DNA of 63,208 nucleotides, the filler included, from Choristocarpus tenellus KU-1152 (lineage: Eukaryota > Protista > Phaeophyceae): the NCBI GenBank assembly GCA_964200185.2. It is 9 parts of 9 records of this genome, joined end to end, with 100 filler letters (N's around TTAATTAATTAA, not from the genome) between each part and the next. Parts side by side here need not be neighbours in the genome. Positions count along the whole stretch, not along the records: positions 10,230 to 25,889 come from CAXNAD020000953.1; 8 more parts are not named here. One strand, 5' to 3'. The notes beneath the pieces are model-generated. The model saw only the letters and a list, made by a program, of their open reading frames with translations. It was not told the DNA's origin and did not search any database. Within the stretch, counting starts at the first letter, position 1. Each line of letters begins with the position of its first letter. Position numbers and translations under genes: made by a program. Positions 11,401 to 25,989 of this stretch are shown piece after piece.

Positions 11401-14400
11401 TTGGTGGAAGAGGTGAATTGTGGAAGGTGGAGTAGATTGTTTCAACATATTGTATGTGCAACAAATATGTAGAATATCATCCAGCGGGTCTAGCATCTGC
11501 ACTACTGGCAAAATGTCTGGCAACTTCTGGTATGCACAAACAGGAGAGAAGAGCCAAAGAATGACCTTATACTGCCTTGGGTTAGACATCCTACTACATA
11601 CTCTAGAGAGTTCTTTCCACAATCGAAGATTGGACTGAGCAGCTGTATGTTTCTATCTACCCTTCCTTCCTGTGTAAACTAGACTTTGAAGTAGATGCTT
11701 CTGTAAGGCTATATTTATCTCGATTTGGAAACTTCTCTAGGGTACCCCAAGAAGCTCTCATTAGTCACACTATTACAGAATGAAAAGAAAAGGTACGTCG
11801 ATATCATCTACCCGTTTCATCGTGACCATGGAGGAGGTGGTGGGATAGAGGAAGGAGGGTGAGAAATTTTGTTCATATCTCTCATTTTTTATATTACCGA
11901 CACAATTGTAAAATAAAGATAAATATTTACAAATCTTGTTTTAATATTTGTCGTTGACTTCAGGAAAATTGTGCAAATTAAAAATATTTCTGTCGCATAT
12001 TTTATACTATTCAGTATTGAAAAAACAATGATACAAGAAATATCACAAGTCTCTTTTTAGGAACGTTCCTGTTATTTTATATAACATCTATGTACTGATC
12101 AAATTGATCTAATACATATTCATAATTATTTATGCTTCCAAACTATATGAATATTATCATTTGATTTTCACAAATTCTATATATTTGACAAATGAAAAGT
12201 TCAATATATATATCGGAGTAGTTTTCAACATGGAAGTATACAAGCACTTTGTTCTGGTAAGATACAGAGAGGAGGTGGTATGCTCAATAGACAGGCAAGG
12301 AGGGCAGGTAAGAAGGATATATGTGAGGTACGCACTAGAGTAGGTGCATCCTGTAGGAATTTCTACATCCTTTACCAAATATCTTACCTCAAGCTTCTCT
12401 CTAGTATCTACTCGTGGAAAGGGATAGGGCAGTAACAGCACGCGTACTTTGAAGTATGAAATGGTTCTATTACCTACCAATGTACTTCAGAATACTCTCT
12501 AATCATATATGGATCAATTTTGTCCTTTGTCTTCATCGTATTCTGTATCTTCCTCACCTCAAAACGCCTTCCAAATGTCAGTAGACAGAATATCGTATCA
12601 CTAGGTACTTCTGTTGGTTGATTGGTGTCCAGTAACAGTCATGATTTCAGCAGCTTGAACATCAGTCGGGTAAATGGCGAAAGAACACATCAGAGGCGAT
12701 ACGGGCAGAGTGGGATAGGGTCAAGTTCGCCTAGAATGAATTAGACCTGCACAAATGATCCATTGCTCTATTACTACACCGCAACAAACACCAACACATC
12801 ATTTCCGAGCCATCATCTCCAATCAGCATACACCAAATCAACAAGACAGATGTATCGAGATGATTGGTTACTGATAATCCTCTTTCTTGCATCGGCACAG
12901 GAGTAATGCTTGATCATTTTCTAAAACAAACATCATCTACTCCGAAACAGATCGGAGAGTGAATGCGGGAGAGACACTCTTACGCTAGATGTCAGTGCAT
13001 TTCCCATGGACCATAGTCATGGAGAACCCCTACATCCATCGTCCCGTGGAATGAAAACCAGGTTGAAATCAGCAACTGTATTTTAGAGATATAACCACGA
13101 AGTACGTCCACTTGCAAGCTTTGGACTACCCACTTACCACAGCATGATGGCATGATTACCAACTGTGGAGTGCACATCCAATTGTTATATGATGGCTAGG
13201 AGTGACTCCTGAATACAGGCAAGATAAGGCACGGAGCAAGAACAGCAGGAGTAAGATATTGCTCTGTTGGTGTCATTGGAGGGTGCATGGGCTTTGTTTG
13301 CACAAGGTTGGTTGCATCAACAGGTGAAATGGAGTGCAGTGATGTACTTGCATATATACAAAGACCAGGCGCTACATTGTGATGTCCATCAGCAGGCTAA
13401 ATCTCTACAACCAACAGATGCTTGCTGCAAGTCTGCACTAACCATATATGATGCAGTGACTGTATTATTTTCTGATTATCCATGTGGACGTTGCAAATCC
13501 TACATGGTAGGCTGCACTGGTCTTACCCACGTTCTCAGTCATTGGAGTAGAGACCACAAAGGCCCTTGTAATCTCAACGTCGTTCATCTATATCAAGCTG
13601 TACTTTGTACTTCATTAAAGCACCATAAAAGCCGCGGGTCCAGTGTGGGATAGTTCAACACCATCAACCTACCTGCACACAATTGTACCCCTCCACCAGG
13701 TTCTCCGTATGCTCCTTAACCCCTCACAGTCTCACGCTCCCGCTCAAGTACCAGCTCAGAATGAGGGGGTAAGCCCATTGCCCCTCACACATAATTGGAA
13801 GTACGGCTGTTGTACTCTTCACACTTGCCATTCCTATCCCTGCCCTTTCCCTGTACAATGGGAAATGCTACCACCCCCGGTTCACTACTATGAGAAGCAT
13901 ATACCCCATTCTCCCGGTGTACCTCATGTACCCCTTCCCCATCTCAATGGTTCTCTGCCTACTCTTGCTGAGGGTTCAGAATCACTTCTTCCCTCGTGTA
14001 GGGGCGGTGGTACACCCTGAAAGAGCAAGTGAAGCACGTGATATATCTCCAGCAAATTTCCCACACCGAACAAGCCTAAACGTTGAACATCTTGTGAGCT
14101 AGAGAGGGAACCCAATCCCTTCCCCTCCACAGTCCCACTGAGTTACTTTGTGATCCACCGGAAAACCTCTCCGATCCCCCAATATCCCCAACTCCTCTGA
14201 AGAGGGGTGTTTTGTGTGAACCTTGTTGATGAAACGTTTTACATCCCCCCCTGAGGATCTCTCCTTTGCAAAGCAGGATCGACTCCCACCTCCAATCCCC
14301 TACAGTAGGTGATGAATGGATGTCAATGTGTTGAAGACAACTACTACACAACTTGGAGAGAGCATATGCACCCACCAAGAATTCTCGGACAGCCCATCAC

Positions 14401-15931
14401 CTATGAATACAAATACAAATCTGAACACACTCCTTCATCCGTATCCATTGTCACCAATTCCCCTCGATGTCATCGCCATCAACACCTCTACCGGGACCTG
14501 AGATACCTTCCCAAGCGATATCTCCATCACTTTTGAACGCTGCCGTGAGCATTCCCCTCTGAGCCTGTGCTTCCTCACAACTCTTGTTGCTGCAGTGGCC
14601 CAATGCCCTATCATCCAATGTCCGGAGAATGCAGGTCACCCTTTGTCTTGAGCTCCCAGCAGACCCTGCGACTCCATGCCCCCTCTGGGACCTCCCACAT
14701 CCACAAATATCTCTGACTCTGTTTCATTAAGGCATTTGTGTTGCCAACCCTACAAGTGCATCTAATCGTCCTACACCCATCACAATCTCCACCCCTGAAG
14801 CAGCACATTTACCCAACACTCCCTAAAAGGCAGCTATTGAGATATGCTGCACGGCAAAAGCTGCAAGATTCTTTCCTCCCTTTGAGAGATCCCCACTATG
14901 CAAAGAAACATCAAGACCATTTGATTTCAATCCTCTACTCCAAGGTACCAGGGTTCACGGTACAAGCCCCCTCTGTGTGCTTTGGGCGACACACCTTTCA
15001 TAACCTGCTGATATCATGTCGGGGCCTTTACAGTCTCACAAACTCCAACTTGATTCCTTCAATGAGTTCCCAGATATTTCTGCCTCCAGTAAGCCTCGAA
15101 ATGAAGAGACCGATGCCCCCACCCTCCCAGAATCAATCCGTCCAGTCCATCGATTGATATGCTTTCAAGCAGACACCGGGCACAAACAGTCCCTCTTCAA
15201 CTCTCAGAAAGATGCTCACAGTTTCCGACCTCAGAAGGTCATCTCTTCTCCATTCCTCTCTCCCCTCCAATACCCAAATCAAACATCGGATATCAAGTAG
15301 GTATGTATACATAGACACACAGTGAATACAAGAGGGTGATCCTGGCACATACAGTACCCTCCACATCTTGTCCATTCCCAGCAGCAAGTACATAGAGATC
15401 AGCCGTTGCCACAAGGAGGATGATCTGAGCAGGTTTTGATGAAGCAGCGTCCCCACAGTTGATGGTCACCACTTGCGCCACTACAGGGTTCCTATATGGA
15501 AGTGACCCAGTTCGGAGGAATGATACTCAAGTATACCGTGAAGTTCCGTGAAGTTGCAGTACCCACATGGGGTCCCGGTCTTGTCCACAGGTGAAACAGC
15601 AAGTACCTTGCTCATACAGGACCCATACCTAGACCTGGTTAGGTGCACAGATAGTGGGTACCGCGCACTTACAGCACCTGCTCTTGGACCCCACCAACAA
15701 ACCCATCAGCCCACAAGTGCTAAAGTGAAGAGCCCCACAATGAATCCTCACCAATTGTGAAATCCACAGACTGTCCTCGGTGGTAGAGATGTGAGACAGT
15801 AGTTGTACGTGGAGCTTATCACACCACGAAAAACGCGCACCAGGTTCTAACCAACCAGGTTCTCCTACAATATCCCGTCATCCCACAATCCCATCAAGAA
15901 GATGAGCTTGCATCACCCCTCTTGTACTCTC

Positions 15932-16447
15932 CAAGACAAGTACTGAACAAATCATACAGCCCCATTTCTTTTCCATTTTTTCCATGTATGACAAAGACAC
16001 CAATTAGCATACAAAGTATATTCAGGCATTCCATTCAACCAAAATGAACAGCTTATCTCAGACCCAACCTTTGTTGGCATCATTTTGAAATATATATGTC
16101 CCACCCTCCCGGGATGCATGCACACATACAAACACAAAAATGAATTCCCAATACATGCCCCAAAGGCAAAATACAACGTGAAATGCACACTTCAAGACAA
16201 GTACTGAACAAACCACGCAGCCCCATTTCTTTTAATTTTTTTCCATGTATGACAAAGAGACCAAATAGCATACAAAGTGTATTCACGCATTCCATTAAAC
16301 CAAAATGAAAATATATATCTTGGACCCAACCTGTGCTGGCATCGTTTTGAAATATATATGTCCCACCCTCCCGGGATGCATGCACTCTCACACACACAAA
16401 TATGTATTCCCAATACATGCCTCAAAGGCCAAATACAACATGAAATG
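15932..16447. repeat. Tandem duplication, 2 x ~261 bp
   Basis: Units start CAAGACAAGTACTGAACAAA at 15932 and 16193, with diverged but alignable bodies. Confidence 0.9.
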
Positions 16448-17068
16448 ATAGAGTGTTGACTGTTCATTGTCAGCTGCACACACGCACAGAGCAGAAATGA
16501 AACTTAGACTCCAATGAACTGAGACTGAAAGAAAAAATCAACACTCCTCCAACATAAATGTGTCACTTCCACCTTTGAGGTGGAACAAAGGGACGAGATT
16601 TGCATCTTGTAGGCTTGCCGACCCTGGCATTCCTTCCGTGTGCCCTGTATACGTTGTGTGATAACATTGGAAAGGAGTGACCACAAGTATTGAGCAGCAT
16701 ATTCAGAACAGTCGGGAGATCACGAAAACCTCGTACCCTCTAAGATACTTTCGTTCTCAAACTTCATATCCAATTCCTACTCATGATAGGGATCATTTTT
16801 TCTTACTCAAGGTTAGCCATTGCTTACACGATTGCAAGAGTTTTACATCAGCTACTAAGAGGGCGACAGTAGTCCTTTCTTCTTCAACTGAAACAAAAGA
16901 CTAACAACATTCGACTTACCATGCTAAAGGCATACCTTTCACTTGGCAATAATTTCACCCCTTCTTTCGAATTTCCCAGTCTAAAATATTGCACACCAGA
17001 TGTAAGGGATGTCATTTCTTTGTGTGGGCAGCAAACATGCTTTGGAACAGAAGATCGAAGAAAATATA

Positions 17069-17415
17069 CTCCCTCTGTCCCGTATGTCTGTTCCTTTTTG
17101 CATTTTACTCTTCGGGATGACTTCCGATTTGAAATCGGAGTTTTGCATTGGATTCCTTGGCGTTTATTGCATTAGAGTATCTTTCACTGCTTTCCCTCAA
17201 CGCCGTCAATCCACCAATTCAGTGCCTTCTTGTGGGCCTATGCCCGCCTAAACTCTGTTCTATATTTTCAGAACAATTTCGGTATATAGTTTTTCAAATA
17301 TAACCCATCGTACGCAAACATTTCCTAGAAATCCAACGCAAAAATCCGTTTTGAAATCGGAGGTCATCCCGAAGAGGTACATGCATAAAGGAACAGACTT
17401 ATGGGACAGAGGGAG
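17069..17415. mobile_element. Stowaway-like (Tc1/mariner-derived) MITE, 347 bp
   Basis: TA|CTCCCTCTGTCCC ... GGGACAGAGGGAG|TA; the imperfect inverted repeat extends ~100 bp inward; TA target duplication. Confidence 0.85.
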
Positions 17416-19269
17416 TATGGTATATCTTGGAGTATAGCATATCCAAGGCATCTGGCAGCTTTTGGTACGTATTCTTCACCTATTAGACCTTGGGGCAGAC
17501 CCAGCGTTGGCAATTGTAGGTGTTGGCGGAGGAGGGATATTGGGGCATCCTTGAGGAATGTCTTCTGGAAGCGCATTCGCCTTTGCATCCTCCACAGCTC
17601 TGAGGCTGGCAATGTTGGCATCTTCTGTTGAATGGTATTGCAGGTTGGGGAGGGGTTGGGTTTTGCCCTGTTTGTGGTGTGTGGACTGCCTTCGACCTTT
17701 AGGGTTGAAGTGATGATGTATGATCACAGTATGTGGACATGTAAATTTGGTTCCACAGGAAGACTAACATCGACCTGAGCATAGAGATGTGATTCTATCT
17801 CCTTCGCACCCAGAGTAGTCCGTTGTCCTTAGTCACAGCTGTTCATCTATATGTTCCCCACTACCACCAGCGATTCATTCAATCATCTATCAAGATCAAC
17901 TCAGAGTCCTTACCATTTTTTCCTGGACGGCGTTGTTGGCCCAGCCCATCCTCAAGTCTCTGCCCGATGGTCTCATGTACCCCCATTCCCTGCACCAATC
18001 CCCGACCATGACCAGAAATTTGCTGCTGCCTCTTCCTCCTTCCTGACCCCTGCCCTTCAACCTGCTCAAGATCCTGTCCTTGGAGCCTTCCTCCCCGTCC
18101 CTTGGCAGGCCCTCGGACCACCTGCTCCTTCTCAGGAAAGATGGAGGAAGACATCACCAGGTGATGGAGTTCTGAGATTTGGTTCAGGATGTTGGAAACA
18201 TTTCCACAATCATCTAGCACCTTATGGACAAAACACCAACCACACTACAGTGTGATTCCCTATTGGCCATTCCATGGATCATCTCGGTTTACAATGAAAA
18301 CCTAAGCACTTCTGGGCTTGCTTATCAGGGTACTTGGACGTTTGTGCAACTCAGAGGCTCCTACAAGGGAATGTAATCCAAGAAAGTATGGGAATAGGGG
18401 GAACGTGGATGAGAAGCCAAGATGCGGGAAGAGTGGTGGCACAGATGTGCACCGTTGATCTATGTGACAAGGTAGTGGATAGACTCTTGCTCATTTCCTC
18501 TCCTTGGGGTTTGGTGGAGTGCTGGATATGCACTGATACAACTGCATGGAATGAGGGCGGGACATGAAGCAGTTTGTGCTCTAGACTACAGCATGTGCTT
18601 CACTCAACATCTGGCGGGATTGAGATGCTCAAAGGTATCGCCAAGCATTCTTCAATCCCAACACCATCTATTATACACGAGCGGTGCAAAGATAATCCTC
18701 CTCTACCTTCATCTTCATTGACGGTGGCTTGGAGTTGGCAGGGGAATTCGGCATGCTGGGGTACCTCGCACTAGGTTGCTGTCCCCTGATCACCTCGCCA
18801 GGAGTTGCACCTATTGAGATATGAGGGGTGGGCAGGAGACAAAGACGATCAGAATGGCGATCGCAACTTCCTTTGCATACTACGCGGGCATGATAATGGC
18901 ATCCACCATTGAGATGGTTATGCTTTGACCTTACGGGTTGCAAATTGTTTTAGAGATCAAAGTGAGTACGCCATTTCAGAATAATGGTGCAAAACGATCA
19001 GGAATGATCCCACCACAAGCTGCAATCGGATATAGGAAGAGGTAGAGGAGATCTAGTGATGGGATATGGCACTTGTTATGCTTCTCCGTGTTTGTTCGAT
19101 CATTTGCACTACACGCTTTGTGGAACTGTCATAAATTGCGTTTGAAAGTGGAACTAATTCCTCCCCCTTCACAAGATCTGCAAAGTCTCAGTCGACATAC
19201 AAAAACATACCAATATAATTTCGTTGTGAACTGTGCAATATCACTTTGTGAGGATAAATTGTGTGAGTG

Positions 19270-20300
19270 AATCTTGGGTGATGACCGCCCTCTGGGAAAA
19301 GATCCAAGACATTGAACTCTTTCTATTTCAAGCTCTTGATGAGGAAGGGATTGCTACCAGATTATGTTCTTCTTTGGAGAACTTTATCAACATCTTCGAA
19401 GCCCCAGGTTTGGAGGAGATGGAGTGACAAGCTTGACATTATTGTTTAACAAACCCCTCAATGACAAGGAAGTGGCAATAGCTGGAGGTATTGGATTTGA
19501 GTCTGAAATTGGTGGACATCAGATGTTGCTGATTCAGGAGGTGAAACACGGACTAGATGGTCAGGCTGGGGCAGGGGCAGGAGAACAGAATAAAAACGTA
19601 CCATAATACTGCGAGGAAGAAAAGGTCCACCTGAGTGGGAGACAGGTAGTTGCAGAGACAACCAAACCTCTCTCTATGTATTGTGCCAGTATTAGAGTAG
19701 CATGGACTGTAAATATTGTTCGATGCTCGTGTAATAGGTGGATTGAGATTAAATATTTTCCGAAGTTTGAGGGTGCTGGACTGTCCTGCCACACTTCTTT
19801 GGGAACATATTGATGCAATCGTTGTAGCTGCAATTGAGAAATATGAAAACTTGGGGTTGAAATGGTCAGCTGCTTGGTTAGGGTACGTGCACCTTTCATA
19901 CTTGATCTAAGAACAGCTGAAAATGGTATCACAAAATTCACTTCCAATGTTAAAAAATATTTCATCGAGGCACTACCTCAGTACCAGAGCCTTACCCTTT
20001 ATTTTGGGACACCTCAGTTCCTACCTAGAAATCTTCAACCCCCAGGCCGTTTGAGTAGCATGAGTCAGAGATATTCCCCACTCTTAAGCAGAGTCATGCG
20101 GAGGATGCTGCAACAACAATGAGATTTCCTATTTCCTGAGGGTGACCTTAGCCCACTTATTGACCAAGAATTTTCTAAATTCCGTCTTGATCTACTCAAA
20201 CCTCAACACGTTGTACTTGGGTGCCTAATATGACATAACTGGACATCATTGCCCAAAGTGTCTCTCCAAGCAAGATCACCTCAGTTTACTAATCACCATG
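19270..20300 (+). mobile_element. Decayed Gypsy-like pol remnant
   Basis: Fragments PRFGGD, LKWSAAWLGY and SPLIDQEF occur in pol-like order; many stops. Confidence 0.25.
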
Positions 20301-21779
20301 TGCAAACCACCCACGCCTATTCTCATGATGTGCCAAGGAAGTATTTGATATCGATATAGCATGAGCACTTAATTCATTCACACTTGTTTCCCACTGAAAC
20401 AAGAAGAAACATTGCCAATTACTTCATGCGTTCAGATACAAAGCCTGTCATAAAGAAGCGGCCATACCGTAGAAAAAACCTACAGTGCTCTTGTGAATAT
20501 AGTGATTCTCAACCAGGTGGTCGATGAGTGAGAACGTGGTCCCTGTAAGGCCGAGCGCGACAAGCTTCTGGTCAAGGAACAATTCATCACCTTCTCCACT
20601 GGAGATAATATCTAGGGGCTATACAATATCACCCCTGCCCTTGTTACATACTCGGTGGCCCGCAAACATAGATTCTGCTGCCATTTTTTGGACATGATTT
20701 TCATATATTTTGTTGTTTTGTGGTAAAGCATGGGAATACGGACTCTGAGATTGTATCACAAGTGTTCCTTCTCTCACGCTGAAGATTAGGAGAGGGATAA
20801 CGAACTGTGGAGCTAGGAGGGAGAACGGATAATACATGCGCAGTCCTCCAATGTGGAAGGCCTGGAATCACAACTATAACAAGCAAGTATAATGGAATGT
20901 GCAATTCACAGTTGCCATAGAAGCCAAGGGATTTATAGAAAACAAAAACGTGAGGACATCCCTGTGCAAACATAAGTATGGAAGGGAAATGTCGTACTGA
21001 TAGGTCACTCCAACCACCAAACCCTCAGAGACATTTTTATTGGAGCACACAGTACCTTCAGACCCTGTCCTGTCGCCTCCCACCGGTCCAGAAGTGTCCT
21101 GAGAGGAACCATTAACCCGCTAGGAAGAGGTTTGGACAAACAAGGGTATAGGAAAGGAGAACAAGGCTTAGATACTCTAGAAAACACTGATTGGGAGATA
21201 GATTGAGCCAAGTAAGCGAGAGGTATCCAGGTTTTGGCAGTTTTTCATTTTAAGTGTGTATTTTAAAGTGTGTATTTTAGTCTTTTGCAATCAACCAATA
21301 TTTCTATGGATGAAGTTCCAAGTTTGACCTTAGAGCGTATATTTGTCTATTGTTTGGAACATCTCAACAGAATTCAGAAAATATCCTATACGAATTTGTG
21401 TAAAAGTCTCTGGGCTTTGTACATACTTGTCAGCACCCTAAAAATCCAATTCGATTACCTCAACTAGGAAGGTGGGTCACTATGCAGGGTTCATGGTGCT
21501 GAACAGAAATTGGATGAAAGGTGGAAGGATATGTGTAGGAAAATCGAGAAGTTGAATGCATTTGTGTTGCAAGTGGCATGCACAGCAATCATGCATGTAG
21601 TTCTGGGAGTGTTGAGGGGATTGCATGACTTACATACCTACTACCTGCCCCATAGGCTACCTATCCATGCACTCACACCCACATCCTCTGCTCTAATAAC
21701 GACTCACCCTACTTCGGTTCACAGTGACCTTTTCCAAGTCTCTGCTACGTTCCCAAACAGATGAGTCTGATATCTTGTG

Positions 21780-22460
21780 GTCGGAAGACTCAATCTCCAA
21801 GCGCCTGATGCTGTCCGTTGCCACTTGAAGGGATGACAGGAGCTCATTGTTCTGTTATGATCAATACATATGTGGGAGAAGTGAGTTGTAGGAGATGCAA
21901 ATGACTGAGAAACTTCTCATTGGTCGCCTGTGATTATTCAGTGCCCACTGCAAAATTTCACTATCAATCAGAGGGAATAGGGCAATCAATTTTTGTCTAT
22001 GCACACAAGTTGAGAGTTTATCATTGAATTGAAATTGAAAGCAGATGTGTGCCATCACGGCACCTAGATATACAAATGGATATCTATACATATATGTATA
22101 TTTTGAAGTCGATCCTTAACCCTCCTGGAAATACTGCCAAGCAATACTCAACACCCCAAACAACCGCCTTTTGGGGGCAAATGATCATGCTGTTGAATGG
22201 TCTACCCCTTCTGTCATGGGCAACTCTGACACACCTTCGAAGAAGAGCATATGGTCGAATAGTCTGCAACAGAGACTGCTCTGATATATAGAGACCCTCT
22301 TCCATTCACATCATTTCACAATCTGGGCATGGTCTTGTCCTACCTCGTTGTGAAAGATACCATGTGTCTAAGGTCTCCGATAATGCCATGATACATATAA
22401 GTTACCCTTTCACCCTCTTATACGTGAATACAATCCACTGTTAGGTTGTGCAACGGACAG
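21780..22460 (-). mobile_element. Decayed Gypsy-like RT/RNase H remnant
   Basis: Minus-strand fragments THGIF and GVEYC resemble RT motifs; no ORF. Confidence 0.2.
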
Positions 22461-23702
22461 ATGAGCTTGAAGAGTAAGGGTTGTCGAGCTGCGGGGCTAC
22501 CAAGTCTGATGCACTGACTCCTCTATTCGCATATTCCTACCCTCAAGGATCAAGCAGGGTAGATTCTATAGATGTTTCACAATCTGACACGTAAAGATAT
22601 ATAGTTCTTGCTGACGATTTTCGTGTTTCACCATACAGCACACTTGAGTCCATCTAGACAGTTGCTCTGTTTGCTAATGGTACACATATCTTGTGTGCTC
22701 CATACTGTAGAAGGAAGTACAAACCCTTCTGTTGCCTATTCATATTTGAACATTGGAAAAATGTCTTTCTGTCCCTCTCTCTCTCTCTCTCTCTCTCGAT
22801 CCCTTACCGCTCTCCTAAATACATATACAACTCACGCACACAGTCACGAATTCACACACAAGAATCACATCTCACAGACCTTGGAGACGAGGGCTGCCTC
22901 CCTCTCCTTTGAATCCTTGAGGCGTTGAGTGTGCTCGACTATCGTGGCGGCCATCGTAGCACTCTCACCTGATAGATTCCGTGCCAAGATTACAATGTTC
23001 AGCATTGTGGGTAAGTGCACGCACCTTTTGTTGGTGTCTTATCCATTGGGAATAGTGATGCTGGTGAGAATGTATTGGCCTAACAGTAGCAAGGGATCTG
23101 GGTTGCTGTTCTGTGACAAAAGAGCTATTGGACATAAATGCTCGTAGTAGTTGATTGTGAATGGGTGTTACCATACTGTTCCTCACATCGCAGCACAAGT
23201 AGTATGACAACATTGCACTGAAGATAAACTAGAAGCAGGAACCAGGTACAGCTTGTGGAATGGGAGACAATGACACTCAAGAATTCTGAATTTAATAGAG
23301 AGAGGAGATGAACATTCAAGTGAAACGTCATGGGCGGACGTAACACTTTACATGTCACATGCAAAAGAATCATTGTGGTACTGTTGTGTTGAGTTTGGAC
23401 AAGGTAGTTTCCTTGTCACCAGTCCAATGTTTCACAGTCCAATGCACAATGCACACCTAATCTTGCTAGTCTAGTTCACCTTCGGTCTTCTGCAAGGCAC
23501 TCTCCAACTTCAGAACTTTGTCCGCAAGCTCCTTATTTGAGAAGTGACACACAGAGACAACAATCACCAAGAGGAGGGCATTCATGTTAACCTCTTGTGT
23601 ACAGTTGTGGTGTTGGTGTATGTTGTACATCAGGCATCATATACTGTGGATATGCTTTGAGGGATACAATGACATGAGGTGTGCAATATTTTGTGGTACT
23701 TT

Positions 23703-23880
23703 GGCTCAAAGTATCTGGGGGGGGGGGTCTACCCCAGGGTATCCATTTGGGCCCTGACCAGGAAAAGTGCACGTACATTATCCATCCGATGAATGTAACC
23801 AATTCACCCAAAAAATCGCCATATGGAAAAATGAACCCCGAATGGGCTGGTGCCACCCCACCCCCCGGATACTTTGAGCC
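23703..23880 (+). mobile_element. MITE family A (complete)
   Basis: GGCTCAAAGTATCTGGGGGG ... CCCCCCGGATACTTTGAGCC; flanks CTTT / ATTT. Confidence 0.9.
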
Positions 23881-25477
23881 ATTTCCTATCAGTGCTTCTT
23901 GCCATTGATCCTAATACAGTAGTACCCTGAACTCAAAATCATAGTGAAAGAAGGACCTCACTAAGGATGTCAGTTCAAAGAGAACGACATGACCAAGAAT
24001 AGCTTGTTGGTATTTGACCCGTCCATCGTTGCAACAGAATACTGAGGGTCGGTGTCCCCACAAAACAACTCCCTGAGAACATTGATGATAAGACATTAAA
24101 GAGGAAGTATACATGTGTACACGATGTATGGGAGACACATGCGTGTGTGTTATATGTGGGTGGGAAAGGTAGATCAAGACTGCCCAGCCTGGTGGTCTCA
24201 CTCAGCCACCAACAAGAGATGAAAATCGCGCCAATCATGTATTACTTCCAGACTACAACATGAACGACTTGACTTGTTTAGGTATCTCAAGGGCAGGGTT
24301 TGGTGTTCTTGGTCTGACGCAGCCAAGGAGCTTGTGAAGGGAGTATATGCTAAATTCGAGGGGTAAAATAGAGACGACACTGAAGAGAGCTTGACCGAGT
24401 CTCTTTCATGGTGTGTGCAATACCCTATGCAAGTGTATCCCTTGAAAGCAATATCTCGACAGTAGAGCAATTGATGTTTCAGCACCACTAAGAATCTGGA
24501 AGTTGACCACATGTGTGAAAACTGACTGTGAAGCCTACTTGATGGCCTAGGACTGGCTGGGTGTATGGAGGAGGCGTGACGTTGGGAAAGCTAAGTGGGA
24601 TGCAGTTGACACCAATGATTTAGTACCTGAGACAACGTTGCGCATCAAATGCATCCATTACAAGCTTCAATGAAGTACGTCAAAGATTTTGGAACTGAGG
24701 TAAGACTAGACTATCTCTATTGAAGTAATACATATATATTGCTCATATTGCCTCATTCGTGTGTGTATACACTCTTTCTGTTGAACAAATCATTCTTCAT
24801 AGTATGAAGTGGTCAAGAAAACCTCGTCAGTGCTATGCTGCTACACTAGCATCTTCAAGTTGGCGGGACTCGTTTCATTCTTGCCAGAACAAACGACAAA
24901 GGGGGGTACTACATGGATGAACATACACTATCATCTGCACCAAATAATGTTGTTTTTTTTCCAAACACAGGCATGCTCTTTGTTTGAACTGAAGAGAAAA
25001 ACCAATAGGATATGACTCATGGGTGAGACTGGTGTTAACCTACCTGAGCAAACGCCTCCAATTCAATGACTTGATTGGCCTTCTCTGTACAATCTCCTTT
25101 CAGCTTGGTAATCTATTTCGATGGGAAGGTTAAGGTCAGCAAGGCATCTAAGCAACCATGAGATCAGTATGATGCTCAGATACGAGCACCATCTTTCGTG
25201 ATCAGTGCAACATCATCTGTGCCAACCAATAGTGGTTTTTTCTTCTCAATATGCACAATGGCATCCCCTATCCTGTCATGCTTCTACTTGTTACACACTA
25301 GTGCGACAATGCATCACATAGGGCTATAAATGTGTATATATATATATATGCATGTACTTCATGTATAACATTTCCTACTGGAAGTATAAATGGAATGGAA
25401 ATATACTCACTCATACACAAACAAACAAATATATCCGCACCTGCTTACCTGTAAGACTTTCCAAATATCATTTAGCA

Positions 25478-25520
<43 letters not shown>

Positions 25521-25804
25521 AAGATACCCACTCTACTATGTGGTTAATCTCCTGCTACAAGTTGTCATTATCTGCACTCATGAACAAATCCAACGGCCTT
25601 GATCCCACCTCTGATTCCCAACCTCCCACTGGTGAACCACCCAATGGAACTACGAGTTACCACTTCAATTCCCACCACCATCTCACCCCCTTAACAGTCC
25701 ACCCCACTTGCCACTCCTGGGTAATCTCAGTCTACAAGCCTCTCAGCCTTACCCCTCTTTCCATCTGCTATTCTCTAGTCTTACCCCAATGGCGTAATTG
25801 AGAA

Positions 25805-25889
25805 GAGTGAAAGTATCTTAGAGGGTACGAGTTTTTCCCTGTTTGTCCATTTGGGGCTTGGCTTCCCATGTTTTTTTTAATGAGATTTT
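25805..25889 (-). mobile_element. MITE family B, truncated by contig end
   Basis: Starts GAGTGAAAGTATCTTAGAGGGTACGAG. Confidence 0.8.
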
Positions 25890-25989
25890 NNNNNNNNNNN
25901 NNNNNNNNNNNNNNNNNNNNNNNNNNNNNNNNNTTAATTAATTAANNNNNNNNNNNNNNNNNNNNNNNNNNNNNNNNNNNNNNNNNNNN
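25890..25989. other. Artificial contig linker
   Basis: 44 N + TTAATTAATTAA + 44 N. Confidence 0.97.

Larger units (their letters stand above)
14300..17730 (-). mobile_element. Decayed non-LTR retrotransposon (LINE) RT region, interrupted by younger insertions
   Basis: Ordered minus-strand fragments NAGSAP (pre-RT SAPG motif, ~17490), LLSNVITQRIQ..QG..VDF (~16680-16530), STRGVMQ (~15925) and VYLS (~15530) are collinear with LINE RT domains. Confidence 0.45.

Noticed and set aside
23900-24650. Possible Gypsy chromodomain remnant
   Set aside because: The similarity rests on a few residues across frameshifts.
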